DNA from: Macrostomum lignano
Lineage: Eukaryota
Assembly (NCBI GenBank): GCA_002269645.1
Contig: NIVC01001520.1
Span: 186,001 to 250,000, forward strand
DNA length: 64,000 nt
Direction: 5' to 3'
The notes beneath the pieces are model-generated. The model was not told where the DNA came from and made no database searches. It saw only the letters and a list, made by a program, of their open reading frames with translations. A program made the position numbers and the translations under genes. How positions within the stretch are numbered: the first letter of the stretch is position 1; every line of letters starts with the position of its first letter. This document shows positions 63,201-64,000 of the stretch, piece by piece.

Positions 63201-63521
63201 CTGTCCAAATCAAATAAAGAGAATGAGGAGAGAGTGAGTGAGAGCGAGAGGAGAGCAATCAAAAACCACTGCGCTCTAAAGCAAAAAATTCTCCTTTTCG
63301 CCTGATGTTTGTTGATGGACTCAGGCTCAGAGCGGTGTGTGTGCGGAGGATTAACGGGATGAAATCAGTTTTACGTATATAATAGCTATACTTATTGTAG
63401 CCCACATGCGTTCAGTGGGGCAGAGGAAGCATGACTTTTAAAAGTTCGGTAAAAAGACCTCGTGATTTAGGTTTTTACGCTTCCCTGTCTCGGAATTTGG
63501 CGCAACTTTCGATCTTTTGAC

Positions 63522-64000
63522 ACAATGACTCTGGATTCTTTGCACAATGACTCTCTGAATTCCCTACAGAATGACTCTCTGAATTCCCTGCACAATGACG
63601 CTCTGAATTCCCTGCACAATGACTCTCTGAATTCCCTGCACAATGACGCTCTGAATTCCCTACAGAATGACTCTCTGAATTCCCTACAGAATGACGCTCT
63701 GGATTCCGTACAGAATGACTCTCTGAATTCCCTACAGAATGACTCTCTGAATTCCCTGCACAATGACGCTCTGAATTCCCTGCACAATGACTCTCTGAAT
63801 TCCCTGCACAATGACGCTCTGAATTCCCTACAGAATGACTCTCTGAATTCCCTACAGAATGACGCTCTGGATTCCCTACAGAATGACTCTCTGAATTCCC
63901 TACAGAATGACTCTCTGAATTCCCTACAGAATGACTCTCTGGATTCCCTACACAATGACTCTCTGAATTCCCTACAGAATGACTCTCTGAATTCCCTACA
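63522..64000. repeat. 24-bp minisatellite in TRPC intron, runs off the window
   Basis: Unit GAATGACTCTCTGAATTCCCTACA. Confidence 0.95.

Noticed and set aside
63467-63955. CREFRESF Cys-rich repeat protein (162 aa)
   Set aside because: A 24-bp intronic minisatellite of the TRPC gene that happens to lack stops; no signal peptide or splice support.

Overview
Eukaryotic genomic DNA with GC-rich spliced genes and AT-rich introns, nearly all carrying their own minisatellite. This style is most consistent with a free-living flatworm such as Macrostomum; that is an inference, not shown by the sequence. Bases 1-15 kb hold four co-oriented minus-strand housekeeping genes: EI24, MRPS24, PAH and TUBGCP5 (TUBGCP5 runs off the window start). 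Bases 15-35 kb are mostly decayed transposons (P-element transposase relic, hAT/P/Tc1-type MITEs with target-site duplications, mariner fragment, probable tyrosine-recombinase relic) plus a single-exon secreted AMOP-domain gene. Bases 35-64 kb hold a multi-copy neuropeptide precursor, a 9-exon ankyrin-repeat gene, an orphan secreted twin-CX3C protein, a 1.6-kb (GATA)n tract, an SLC22-like transporter, a solo LTR inserted in a minisatellite, and the 3' exons of a TRPC channel. The best leads are (1) an achatin-family precursor with 36 GFIN, one SFIN and one GFFD tetrapeptide, a candidate D-amino-acid peptide system, and (2) an MRPS24 gene with no genomic ATG whose acceptor is in frame for the AUG at the end of the flatworm spliced leader. 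Exon structures were derived by hand from GT/AG sites and reading-frame phase; no database searches were run.
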